64,000 bases of DNA from assembly GCA_016719635.1 (NCBI GenBank), contig JADJYT010000003.1, forward strand, positions 223,425 to 287,424. Direction: 5' to 3'. Below are positions 49,201 through 57,758 of this stretch, piece after piece. The notes below the pieces were generated by a model. It worked only from the letters and a program-made list of their open reading frames with translations, did no database searches and was not told where the DNA came from. Both the position numbers and the translations under genes were made by a program. The first letter of the stretch is position 1. Every line of letters starts with the position of its first letter. This DNA is from Sphingobacteriales bacterium. Its GTDB lineage: Bacteria; Bacteroidota; Bacteroidia; Chitinophagales; JADIYW01.

Positions 49201-49994
49201 TTGAGGTCGTTTTACTCAAGGCAAGGCTGATGCCGCACGCATCCGATGAACCATTGTCCACCGCTGCCGCCGTCGTACTGCCGTTGCCGGTGTTATCCAG
49301 TTGTACCGTTACGTTCTGACAATGCGATTGGTGCCACATTATCCTCTACCGTTACTGTTGCGCCGCAAGTGGCTGTATTGCCGTTGGTCGTTTTACTCAA
49401 GGCTAGGCTGATGCCGCACGCATCCGATGAACCATTGTCCACCGCTGCTGCCGTCGTACTGCCGTTTCCTGTGTTATCCAGTTGTACCGTTACATTCTGA
49501 CACAATGCGATTGGTGCCACATTATCCTCTACCGTTACCGTTGCGCCGCAGGTGCTTGTATTGCCGTTAACATCCGTTACCGTCAACACCACTGCATTCG
49601 CGCCTACGTTGCCGCAGTTGAAAGCTGTCTTACTCAAGGCTAGGCTGATGCCGCACGCATCCGATGAACCATTGTCCACCGCTGCTGCCGTCGTACTGCC
49701 GTTGCCGGTATTGTCCAGTTGTACCGTTACATTCTGACACAATGCGATTGGTGCCACATTATCCTCTACCGTTACCGTTGCGCCGCAAGTGCTTGTATTG
49801 CCGTTAACATCCGTTACCGTCAACACCACCGCATTCGCGCCTACGTTGCCGCAGTTGAAAGCTGTCTTACTCAATGAAAGGCTGATGCCGCACGCATCCG
49901 ATGAACCATTGTCCACCGCTGCTGCCGTCGTACTGCCGTTTCCTGTGTTATCCAGTTGTACCGTTACATTCTGACACAATGCGATTGGTGCCAC
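46268..49994 (-). repeat. 16 head-to-tail copies of a 237-bp (79-codon) coding repeat, near-identical
   Basis: The unit is VAPIALCQNVTVQLDNTGNGSTTAAAVDNGSSDACGISLALSKTAFNCGNVGANAVVLTVTDVNGNTSTCGATVTVEDN. The junction motif gacacaatgcgattggtgccacattatcctctaccgttaccgt recurs 17 times at a spacing of about 237 bp. The length arithmetic is exact: 16x237 minus one 54-bp deletion minus 11 nt of small deletions equals 3,727 bp. Confidence 0.9.
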
Positions 49995-52900
49995 ATTATC
50001 CTCTACCGTTACCGTTGCGCCGCAAGTGCTGCTGTTGCCGTTAACATCCGTTACCGTCAACACCACTGCATTTCCTGAAGCTGCTGTAATAGTGTGTGCA
50101 CCTAAACCGGTAGCATCATCTGTCGGGAAAACATTCCATTCTGTGGTAAGTGTAGGGAAGCCTGATCCCGGATTGGATGAGATGCCCTGGATTACAGTAC
50201 CCTTTCTGCGAAGGGTTCTGTCAGTGGTCTGATAACCTCCGGCACCCGTCCATCCGCTTGCTCCTGGATCCGTTCCTATTCTTCCAAAAATATCCAGGTT
50301 ACCGGTACCTGATTTGTATAATACCACGGCATCATTTCCATTAAAGAATGAAGACGCGCTGGTTTGGTCCGCCTGTGCCAATACAGCAGGTGATGCCGTA
50401 CTGGTTGCCACTACATACACATCTCCGGATGCTACCGTGCCTGTTAAAGCTATGGTACCGCCTACTGATGTGCTGCCGTTGAAATAATATCTCAATTCAT
50501 ATCCTCCTGCTGACAGGTTCACCGCTGATCCAGTTCCATTGTATATCTCTATTGCCTTGATATTGCCGGAGCCTTCTATATACTCTGATATTAATAAACC
50601 GGAAAGTGGGTCTCCCTTAACATCTGAACAATTAAATGTATTTGGAGAAACGCTTAAAGAAGCAACGCCACAAGCATCTGAAGAGCCGTTATCAACGTCT
50701 GCTCCGACAATACTTGCATTTCCGGTATTATCCAACTGAACCGTTATATTTTTGCATAATGCTGCAGGAGCAGTATTATCCACCACCGTCACCGTTGCAC
50801 CGCAGGTGCTTGTATTGCCGTTATTATCTGTAACTGTCAATACGACTGCATTTGCTCCTACGTTGGCACAGGTAAATGTTGTATTGCTTAATACCAGTGA
50901 CTGCATACCGCAGGCGTCGGATGAACCATTGTTCACCGCTGCTGCCGTTGTCGAGCCATTTGCACCTACCAGGTTTACTGTTACATTTCTGCAAATCGCC
51001 ACCGGTGCCACATTGTCCTGTACCGTCACCGTTGCTCCGCAGGTGCTGGTATTGCCGTTAACATCCGTTACCGTCAAAACTACTGCATTCGCGCCAACGT
51101 TGGCACAGGTAAATGCTGTTTTGCTTAATGCCACCGACTGTATTCCGCAGGCATCGGAAGAACCATTGTTCACCGCTGCTGCCGTCGTGGAGCCATTTCC
51201 GGCATTATCCAGTGCAACCGTTACATTCTGACAAACTGCAACCGGTGCTATATTATCCTGTACGGTTACTTTTGCACCGCAGGTGCTGCTGTTACCATTC
51301 ACATCCGTTACTGTCAGTACGACTGCATTCGCACTTAAATGAGCATGAGCACCTAAACCGCTGGCATCATCTGTCGGGAAAACATTCCATTCTGTGGTAA
51401 GTGTCGGGAAGCCTGATCCCGGATTGGATGAGATACCCTGGGTTACCGTATTTTTCCTGCGAAGGGTTCTGTCAGTGGTCTGATAACCTCCGGCACCCGT
51501 CCATCCGCTTGCTCCTGGATCCGTTCCTATTCTTCCAAAGATATCCAGGTTACCGGTACCTGATTTGTATAATACCACTGCATCATTTCCATTAAAGAAT
51601 GATGATGAGCTGGTTTGGTCTGCCTGTGCCAATACAGCAGGTGATGCCGAACTGGTTGCCACTACATACACATCTCCGGATGCTACCGTGCCTGTTAAAG
51701 CTATGGTACCGCCTACCGATGTGCTGCCATTGAAATAATATCTTAATTCATATCCCCCTGCTGACAGATTCACTGCCGATCCTGTTCCATTGTATATCTC
51801 TATTGCCTTGATATTGCCGGAGCCTTCTATGTACTCTGATATTAACAGACCAGAAAGCGGCGAACCGGAAATGTTGCTGCAATTAAATGTGTTTGGAGAA
51901 ACGCTTAAAGCAGCAACACCACATGCATCTGAAGAGCCGTTATCAACGTCTGCTCCAACAATACCTGCATTTCCGGTATTATCCAACTGAACCGTTATAT
52001 CTTTGCACAAGGCTGCAGGAGCAGTATTATCCACTACCGTCACCGTTGCACCGCAGGTTGATGTGTTGCCGTTAACATCCGTTACCGTCAGCAACACTGC
52101 ATTCGCTCCTACATTCGCACATCCAAATGAAGTTGTGCTCAGCGACAGACCAGCTACACCACAGGCATCAGATGAACCATTGTTCACCGCTGCTGCCGTT
52201 GTCGAGCCATTTGCACCCACCAAGATTACTGTTACATTCTGACAAACTGCCACCGGTGCCACATTATCCTGAACGGTTACCGTTGCACCGCAGGTGCTGG
52301 TATTACCGTTGTTGTCCGTTACCGTCAATACCACTGCATTGGCACCAACGTTGGCACAGGTAAATGCTGTAGTGCTTAGTGCCAGCGACTGTATTCCGCA
52401 GGCATCGGATGAACCATTGTTCACCGCTGCTGCCGTTGTGGAGCCATTTCCGGCATTATCCAGTGCAACCGTTACATTCTGACAAACTGCAGATGGTGCT
52501 TCTGCATCCGTAACCGATATTGTAAATGAACATGTTGATGTATTTCCACTTTGGTCTGTTGCTTTAAAGCTAATTGCAGACGAGCCTACCGGGAACTGAG
52601 TTCCTGAAGCTGCTCCGCCTGTTTGAACTAAAGAAGATACAGTACAGTTATCCGTTGCTGAAGCGGCAAAGGTCACCAGTGCTCCGCACTGACCGGCATC
52701 TGTGTTCACAGCAATATTTGCCGGACAGGTAATCACTGGAGCAATATTATCTACTACTGTAACTGAAGCAAAACAGAATTCAGAATTTCCACTTAAATCA
52801 CTCAGGATTACCGTAACCGGACTTGTACCTAAATTGGAACAGGTAAAACTGTTAGGATTTACCACCCTGGATGTGATACCACAATTATCTGTACTGGCGC

Positions 52901-55559
52901 CACTAAAATCTAATCCTGTTGCCGTAGCATTCCCTGAATTATCCAATGCTACAGTAAAATTATTACAAACAGCCGTTGGTTTAATGTTATCTATTATTGT
53001 AACGGAAGCGCTGCAGGTTGATGCATTTCCGCTGTTATCAGAAACCGTCAATACAACTGTATTACCGGAACCTAAATTAGCACAGGAGAACGTTGAAACA
53101 TTTAATGAAGTACTTTGAATTCCGCATGCATCATTTGAACCATTATTCACCTGAGCTGCTGTAATCGTTACATTTCCGTTAGCATCCAATGGAACTGTTA
53201 TGTTTTGACAGATTGCATTTGGAGCAACATTGTCAACTATAGTAACAGCAGCATTACAAGTACCGGTATTGCCGCTATTGTCTATCACTGTTAATGTGAC
53301 TGTATTCAATCCAACATTGGAACACGTAAATGTAGTTTGAGAAACGGCACTGTTACCCGTTACTAATGTGCAGTTATCTGTTGAGCCGTTATCTATAGTT
53401 GAAGGTGTAATACTTACAAAGCTTGCACCATTTAATTGTAACGTCACATTTTTACATGCTGCAACAGGCAACTCATCATCATATACATAAACAGATGTCT
53501 CACACGTAGATGTATTTCCATTTACGTCTGTAACCGTCCATGTCACTACCGTTAATCCTTTAGTATACAGACCGCTGGCATCACTGGTGTTGTTGAAGCT
53601 GTTTATTATGCTTTGAAGACTGCAGTTATCGGTAGCAGATAATGCTCCGATAGATACATTACCTAAGCAAGTTCCGGTAGTGGTTGCAGTAAATTTATCT
53701 AACGGACAAGTTGTAATCAACGGAAGTTCATTATCCGTAACACTTACTGTAAAACTGCAGGTCGCTGTGTTGCCGCTGGCATCCGTGACCGTGAAGGCAT
53801 TGGTCGTTGTTCCGATTGGGAACGTGGAACCGCTTATCTGTCCGCCTGTCTGTGCCACCGTTTGTCCCGAACAATTGTCTGCAGAAGTGATGGCTGCATA
53901 GCTAACCGCTGCACCGCATACTCCCGGATCATTATTCACCGCTATATTCGAAGGACAGGTAATCGTTGGGAGTTCATTATCTGCCACACTCACTGTAAAG
54001 CTGCAGGTCGCTGTGTTGCCACTTGCATCCGTGACTGTGAAGGCATTGGTCGTTGTTCCGATTGGGAACGTGGAACCGCTTATCTGTCCGCCTGTCTGTG
54101 CAACCGTCTGTCCGGCACAATTATCTGCAGAGCTTACGCTGTAGCTTACCGCTGCACCGCATACTCCCGGATCATTGTTGACGGAAATGTTTGCGTTACA
54201 GGTGATCGTTGGATTTTCATTGTCTGCCACACTCACTGTAAAGCTGCAGGTCGCCGTGTTGCCGCTGGCATCCGTGACCGTGAAGGCATTGGTTGTCGTT
54301 CCGATTGGGAACGTAGAACCGCTTATCTGTCCGCCTGTTTGTGCTACCGTCTGTCCGGCACAATTATCTGCAGAACTTACGCTGTAGCTTACCGCTGCAC
54401 CGCATACTCCAGGATCATTGTTGACAGAAATATTGGAAGGGCATGTAATCTTCGGAAGTTCGTTATCCACTACCGTCACCGTAAAGGAACAGGTGCTGGA
54501 TAAGCCTGCCGCATCCGTTACTCTGAATGTATTGGTGATGGTTCCTGTTGGGTATACGCCACTTGGAACACCTGCAATTTGAACAGTTGTCTGACCAGGA
54601 CAATTATCCGTTCCTGTCGGAGCAGTGTAAGTTACTGTCTGAGCACAGGTTCCGGAAGCTACATTCACACTTATGTTAGTCGGACAAGTGATGGCAGGTG
54701 CCTGATTGTCCGTAACGGTAACTGTGAATGAACAGGTTGTTGAATTTCCCGCTGCATCCGTTACTCTGAATGTATTGGTCATCGTTCCTGTTGGGAAAGA
54801 AGCACCGCTGGCAGATCCTGTAATTTGTGCAGTTATCTGACCAGGACAGTTATCCGTTCCTGTCGGAGCCGTGTAAGTTACTGTCTGAGCACAGGTATTT
54901 GGAGCCACATTTACACTGATGTTAGCAGGACAAGTGATGGCAGGTGCCTGATTGTCCACCACAGTAACAGTAAATGAACAAGTCGTGGAATTACCGGAAG
55001 CATCCGTTACCCTGAATGTATTGGTAGACGTTCCGGTAGGATAAGAAGCTCCGCTGCCTGACCCACCTATCTGTGCCGTTGTCGCACCCGGACAGTTATC
55101 CGTTCCTGTTGGAGCTGTGAAGGTCACAGTCTGAGCACAGGTATTTGGTGCTACGTTTACACTTATATTAGCAGGACAAGTGATGGCAGGTGCCTGATTG
55201 TCCGTTATCGTTACTGTAAAGGAGCAGGTACTGGAAAGCCCTGCTGCATCCGTTACTCTAAATGTATTGGTGGTGGTACCTGTTGGGAAAGATGCACCGC
55301 TGGCAGAACCTGCAATTTGTGCAGTTGACTGACCAGGACAATTATCCGTTCCTGTTGGAGCCGTATAAGTTACCGTTTGAGCACACGTATTTGGAGCCAC
55401 ATTCACACTTATATTAGCAGGACAAGTGATGGCAGGTGCCTGATTGTCCGTTACAGTAACCGTGAAAGAACAGGTATTGGAAAGTCCTGTTGCATCCGTT
55501 ACCCTGAAAGTATTGGTGGTAGTTCCTTTAGGAAGATGCACCGCTGGCAGAACCAGCAA
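49293..55559 (-). CDS. adhesin fragment 2 (2,088 codons): HYR-like units, 79-82-aa four-Cys repeats and two lamin-tail domains
   Basis: See the repeat features. The track start is not a real start; the sequence continues the unit interrupted at about 55535. Confidence 0.8.
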   Translation of the reverse strand: MLVLPAVHLPKGTTTNTFRVTDATGLSNTCSFTVTVTDNQAPAITCPANISVNVAPNTCAQTVTYTAPTGTDNCPGQSTAQIAGSASGASFPTGTTTNTFRVTDAAGLSSTCSFTVTITDNQAPAITCPANISVNVAPNTCAQTVTFTAPTGTDNCPGATTAQIGGSGSGASYPTGTSTNTFRVTDASGNSTTCSFTVTVVDNQAPAITCPANISVNVAPNTCAQTVTYTAPTGTDNCPGQITAQITGSASGASFPTGTMTNTFRVTDAAGNSTTCSFTVTVTDNQAPAITCPTNISVNVASGTCAQTVTYTAPTGTDNCPGQTTVQIAGVPSGVYPTGTITNTFRVTDAAGLSSTCSFTVTVVDNELPKITCPSNISVNNDPGVCGAAVSYSVSSADNCAGQTVAQTGGQISGSTFPIGTTTNAFTVTDASGNTATCSFTVSVADNENPTITCNANISVNNDPGVCGAAVSYSVSSADNCAGQTVAQTGGQISGSTFPIGTTTNAFTVTDASGNTATCSFTVSVADNELPTITCPSNIAVNNDPGVCGAAVSYAAITSADNCSGQTVAQTGGQISGSTFPIGTTTNAFTVTDASGNTATCSFTVSVTDNELPLITTCPLDKFTATTTGTCLGNVSIGALSATDNCSLQSIINSFNNTSDASGLYTKGLTVVTWTVTDVNGNTSTCETSVYVYDDELPVAACKNVTLQLNGASFVSITPSTIDNGSTDNCTLVTGNSAVSQTTFTCSNVGLNTVTLTVIDNSGNTGTCNAAVTIVDNVAPNAICQNITVPLDANGNVTITAAQVNNGSNDACGIQSTSLNVSTFSCANLGSGNTVVLTVSDNSGNASTCSASVTIIDNIKPTAVCNNFTVALDNSGNATATGLDFSGASTDNCGITSRVVNPNSFTCSNLGTSPVTVILSDLSGNSEFCFASVTVVDNIAPVITCPANIAVNTDAGQCGALVTFAASATDNCTVSSLVQTGGAASGTQFPVGSSAISFKATDQSGNTSTCSFTISVTDAEAPSAVCQNVTVALDNAGNGSTTAAAVNNGSSDACGIQSLALSTTAFTCANVGANAVVLTVTDNNGNTSTCGATVTVQDNVAPVAVCQNVTVILVGANGSTTAAAVNNGSSDACGVAGLSLSTTSFGCANVGANAVLLTVTDVNGNTSTCGATVTVVDNTAPAALCKDITVQLDNTGNAGIVGADVDNGSSDACGVAALSVSPNTFNCSNISGSPLSGLLISEYIEGSGNIKAIEIYNGTGSAVNLSAGGYELRYYFNGSTSVGGTIALTGTVASGDVYVVATSSASPAVLAQADQTSSSSFFNGNDAVVLYKSGTGNLDIFGRIGTDPGASGWTGAGGYQTTDRTLRRKNTVTQGISSNPGSGFPTLTTEWNVFPTDDASGLGAHAHLSANAVVLTVTDVNGNSSTCGAKVTVQDNIAPVAVCQNVTVALDNAGNGSTTAAAVNNGSSDACGIQSVALSKTAFTCANVGANAVVLTVTDVNGNTSTCGATVTVQDNVAPVAICRNVTVNLVGANGSTTAAAVNNGSSDACGMQSLVLSNTTFTCANVGANAVVLTVTDNNGNTSTCGATVTVVDNTAPAALCKNITVQLDNTGNASIVGADVDNGSSDACGVASLSVSPNTFNCSDVKGDPLSGLLISEYIEGSGNIKAIEIYNGTGSAVNLSAGGYELRYYFNGSTSVGGTIALTGTVASGDVYVVATSTASPAVLAQADQTSASSFFNGNDAVVLYKSGTGNLDIFGRIGTDPGASGWTGAGGYQTTDRTLRRKGTVIQGISSNPGSGFPTLTTEWNVFPTDDATGLGAHTITAASGNAVVLTVTDVNGNSSTCGATVTVEDNVAPIALCQNVTVQLDNTGNGSTTAAAVDNGSSDACGISLSLSKTAFNCGNVGANAVVLTVTDVNGNTSTCGATVTVEDNVAPIALCQNVTVQLDNTGNGSTTAAAVDNGSSDACGISLALSKTAFNCGNVGANAVVLTVTDVNGNTSTCGATVTVEDNVAPIALCQNVTVQLDNTGNGSTTAAAVDNGSSDACGISLALSKTTNGNTATCGATVTVEDNVAPIALSERNGTTG
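50073..50597 (-). other. lamin-tail domain (LTD) copy 2, inserted inside a four-Cys repeat unit
   Basis: LLISEYIEGSGNIKAIEIYNGTGSAVNLSAGGYELRYYFNGS...GNDAVVLYK... is the LTD pattern. It is flanked by ...FNCSDVKGDPLSG and NAVVLTVTDVNGN..., which are the two halves of one repeat unit. Confidence 0.75.
51333..51848 (-). other. lamin-tail domain (LTD) copy 1, inserted inside a four-Cys repeat unit
   Basis: Same as copy 2, lying 1,251 bp away. Confidence 0.75.
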
Positions 55560-56424
55560 TTTGTGCAGTAGTCTGTCCGGTACAGTTATCCGTTCCTGAT
55601 GGTGTTGTATAGGTTACTGTTTGGGCACAGGTATTTGGCGCCACATTCACCGCTATATTAGCAGGGCAGGTAATGGCAGGTGCCTGATTATCCGCCACGG
55701 TTACAGTAAATGAACAGGTAGTTGAATTTCCAGCCGCATCCGTTACCCTGAATGTATTGGTGGTGGTTCCTTTAGGGAATGAAGCACCGCTGGCAGAACC
55801 TGCAATTTGTGCAGTTGTCTGTCCGGTACAGTTATCCGTTCCCGTTGGAGCCGTGTAAGTTACCGTTTGAGCACACGTATTAGGTGCCACATTCACTCCT
55901 ATATTTGCCGGACAAGTGATGGCAGGTGCCTGATTGTCCGTTACCGTTACAGTAAAGGAACAGGTACTGGAAAGCCCTGCAGCATCCGTTACCCTGAATG
56001 TATTGGTGGTGGTTCCTTTAGGGTAAGAAGCACCGCTGGCAAGACCTGCGATTTGTGCCGTTGTAGCACCTGCACAGTTATCCGTTCCGGTTGGTGCTGT
56101 ATACGTTGCTGTCTGTGCACAGGTATTCGGAGCCACATTCACTCCTATATTTGCCGGACAGGTAATAGTCGGTACTATGTTATCCGATACGGTTACATTG
56201 AAGTTACAGGTTGCCACCCTGCCTCCCGGATCGGTACCAGTATGCGTAACCGCCGTAGTTCCCAGTGGGAAGGTAGATCCGCTGGCACCGCCGGCTGTTC
56301 TGGCAACCGTTACGGTACAGTTATCACTGAAAGTAGGAGTTGCATAGGTTACAGCCGCCCCGCAGGTACCTGCAGTGGTATTCACGGAGATAGTGGAAGG
56401 GTAGGTTGCTACCGTTGGTGTGGT
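53475..56424 (-). repeat. array of 12 HYR-like (hyalin-repeat-type) 81-85-aa units, period ~243 bp
   Basis: Units share the pattern P.ITCP.NI.VN...C.A.V.Y..P...DNC.....Q..G..SG..FP.G.T.N.F.VTD..GN...CSF.V.V.DN. There are 7 units of a QAPAITCPANISVNVAPNTCAQTVTYTAPTGTDNC subfamily and 3 near-identical NDPGVCGAAVSYSV units at about 53,730-54,460. A 13th unit lies at about 52,503-52,745. Confidence 0.8.
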
Positions 56425-57279
56425 GACATCTTTTATATAATAACGCAATGAACCGGATGCTGCAAGTACCGCGCGGGAAAACTGTGCAACTTCCACATAG
56501 TAAGTACCACTTGCAGATGGTGTATAGGTTATCGAACTGGCCGGAGCACATGCATCATCATTGGAAGCAGCCACGGTAAACCCATCCGTACCATACAGAC
56601 GGAGATAAGTATCATTGGTAGCGAGTCCGCAATTTTCAAACACATAAGTCGTACCGGCAGTCAGTGCTACTGACCACGAAGGTATCACTCCCGTTGAATA
56701 GGCAATTGTCTGACCTGCACCATTACAGGACAATGCCGGAGTTATAGAAGAGCCGCCTGATACATATTTCCAGGTCACCCCAATGGCATACTGGTGGTTG
56801 CTGGTGCTTCCTGCACTCGGACCATTCGTCCAGGTACCGTTAGAAGGAGAAGCCAGTACCCTGAAGTCAAACGTCTGCGAAGCTGTTTGTCGGCAGGCAT
56901 CTGCAGGAGGACCGCCCTGGAAGACACAACGGTTATCCGAGTCTTCCTCCCAGGCATCAATACGGGCAATAATCTGCCAGGATGCGTTGGTACGGTTGGA
57001 TACGATCGCCGGCGAGTTTACCGCCCAGGTAGTCGTACCGTTGAAATCGGTTGTCATACAGTTGGTCGTACCTTCCGTGGCATTCACGTTGTCTTTTGTC
57101 CACAGCCAGGCTGTGTATTCCTCGGTATCGCCGTCCTGACATCCTACGTCTGAACTTCGGACAAAACCGGATCTGGTGCTATACGTCACATTTGCCATCT
57201 GGGCTTCTGCTACAGCTGCCCAACAGCAAAAAAGTGCGATAAGGGCGATTTTGATTTTAGATGTATTCATAATAATCAT
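55528..57279 (-). CDS. adhesin fragment 1: signal peptide, non-repetitive head with a pre-peptidase C-terminal (PPC)-like domain, and the first HYR-like units
   Basis: MIIMNTSKIKIALIALFCCWAAVAEAQ signal; ...DTYLRLYGTDGFTVAASNDDAC...SGTYYVEV is PPC-like; ITCPANIGVNVAPNTCAQT.TYTAPTGTDNC units follow. Confidence 0.8.
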   Translation of the reverse strand: MIIMNTSKIKIALIALFCCWAAVAEAQMANVTYSTRSGFVRSSDVGCQDGDTEEYTAWLWTKDNVNATEGTTNCMTTDFNGTTTWAVNSPAIVSNRTNASWQIIARIDAWEEDSDNRCVFQGGPPADACRQTASQTFDFRVLASPSNGTWTNGPSAGSTSNHQYAIGVTWKYVSGGSSITPALSCNGAGQTIAYSTGVIPSWSVALTAGTTYVFENCGLATNDTYLRLYGTDGFTVAASNDDACAPASSITYTPSASGTYYVEVAQFSRAVLAASGSLRYYIKDVTTPTVATYPSTISVNTTAGTCGAAVTYATPTFSDNCTVTVARTAGGASGSTFPLGTTAVTHTGTDPGGRVATCNFNVTVSDNIVPTITCPANIGVNVAPNTCAQTATYTAPTGTDNCAGATTAQIAGLASGASYPKGTTTNTFRVTDAAGLSSTCSFTVTVTDNQAPAITCPANIGVNVAPNTCAQTVTYTAPTGTDNCTGQTTAQIAGSASGASFPKGTTTNTFRVTDAAGNSTTCSFTVTVADNQAPAITCPANIAVNVAPNTCAQTVTYTTPSGTDNCTGQTTAQIAGSASGASS

Positions 57280-57311
57280 ACTTATTTTTTTAACATTCTG
57301 TTCTTTCCTGT

Positions 57312-57758
57312 TTATTTAGTAAAGGTGAAGTGAGCAAAAGTGGATTTCGCATAATCTTCATCAAAAACATCCAGCACCAGTTCGTTCGCACTAACCGACC
57401 GGATAATAAAATTGATCACTTTGGGTTCGCAGTCATCACATCCGGTTACAATCCCGTTTAAAGTCAGCGCCTGGTCAATTAAGGTAAAAGTACCCTGCCA
57501 GGACCTTTCGCCGTCAGTATAAAAGGTGTACACAAAACCGGAACCTGAAAAATTAAGCTTGGTAGTTGTCAGCGGAAAATCAGGCAGGTAATTGTCCCCT
57601 CTGGCAATTTCATCTTCCGGTGTCAGTACCTGAGACGTATCTCCGCCCGTCAGGGAAGTCAGTGTCCAGATGCCCTGTAAGTCATCCGAAGTAGTTTGTG
57701 CTTTAGATGTTGTACAGAAAAGCACCAGGAAAAATAATGAAATGAAAATCTTTTTCAT
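57312..57758 (-). CDS. small secreted lipocalin-like hypothetical protein, immediately upstream of the adhesin gene
   Basis: Signal peptide MKKIFISLFFLVLFCTTSKAQ and a mature part of about 125 aa predicted to be all-beta. It ends 32 nt before the adhesin start. Confidence 0.5.
   Translation of the reverse strand: MKKIFISLFFLVLFCTTSKAQTTSDDLQGIWTLTSLTGGDTSQVLTPEDEIARGDNYLPDFPLTTTKLNFSGSGFVYTFYTDGERSWQGTFTLIDQALTLNGIVTGCDDCEPKVINFIIRSVSANELVLDVFDEDYAKSTFAHFTFTK

Larger units (their letters stand above)
44276..57279 (-). pseudogene. single giant (~13.0 kb, ~4,330 codons) T9SS-secreted repeat adhesin, with the reading frame interrupted at 10 sites (true pseudogene or consensus errors)
   Basis: A signal peptide occurs only at the 57279 end and a T9SS CTD only at the 44276 end. 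The repeat units continue seamlessly across every ORF boundary once 1-2 nt are restored (sites near 46297, 46444, 46584, 47718, 47947, 48431, 48712, 49205, 49320 and 55535). Confidence 0.8.

Noticed and set aside
46268-49994. A regular 237-bp periodic array that could superficially suggest a CRISPR or other non-coding repeat locus.
   Set aside because: The units are contiguous with no unique spacers. They are 237 bp long and encode a conserved 79-aa four-Cys repeat continuous with more diverged copies upstream. There are no cas genes in the window.
46298-50232. A series of plus-strand ORFs of 61-102 aa (MLVLPLTSVTVNTTAFAPTLPQLK..., MYRYVLTQCDWCHIILYRYRC..., MNHCPPLPPSY...).
   Set aside because: They recur once per repeat unit and are antisense shadows of the minus-strand adhesin repeats. 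They have no independent start context.
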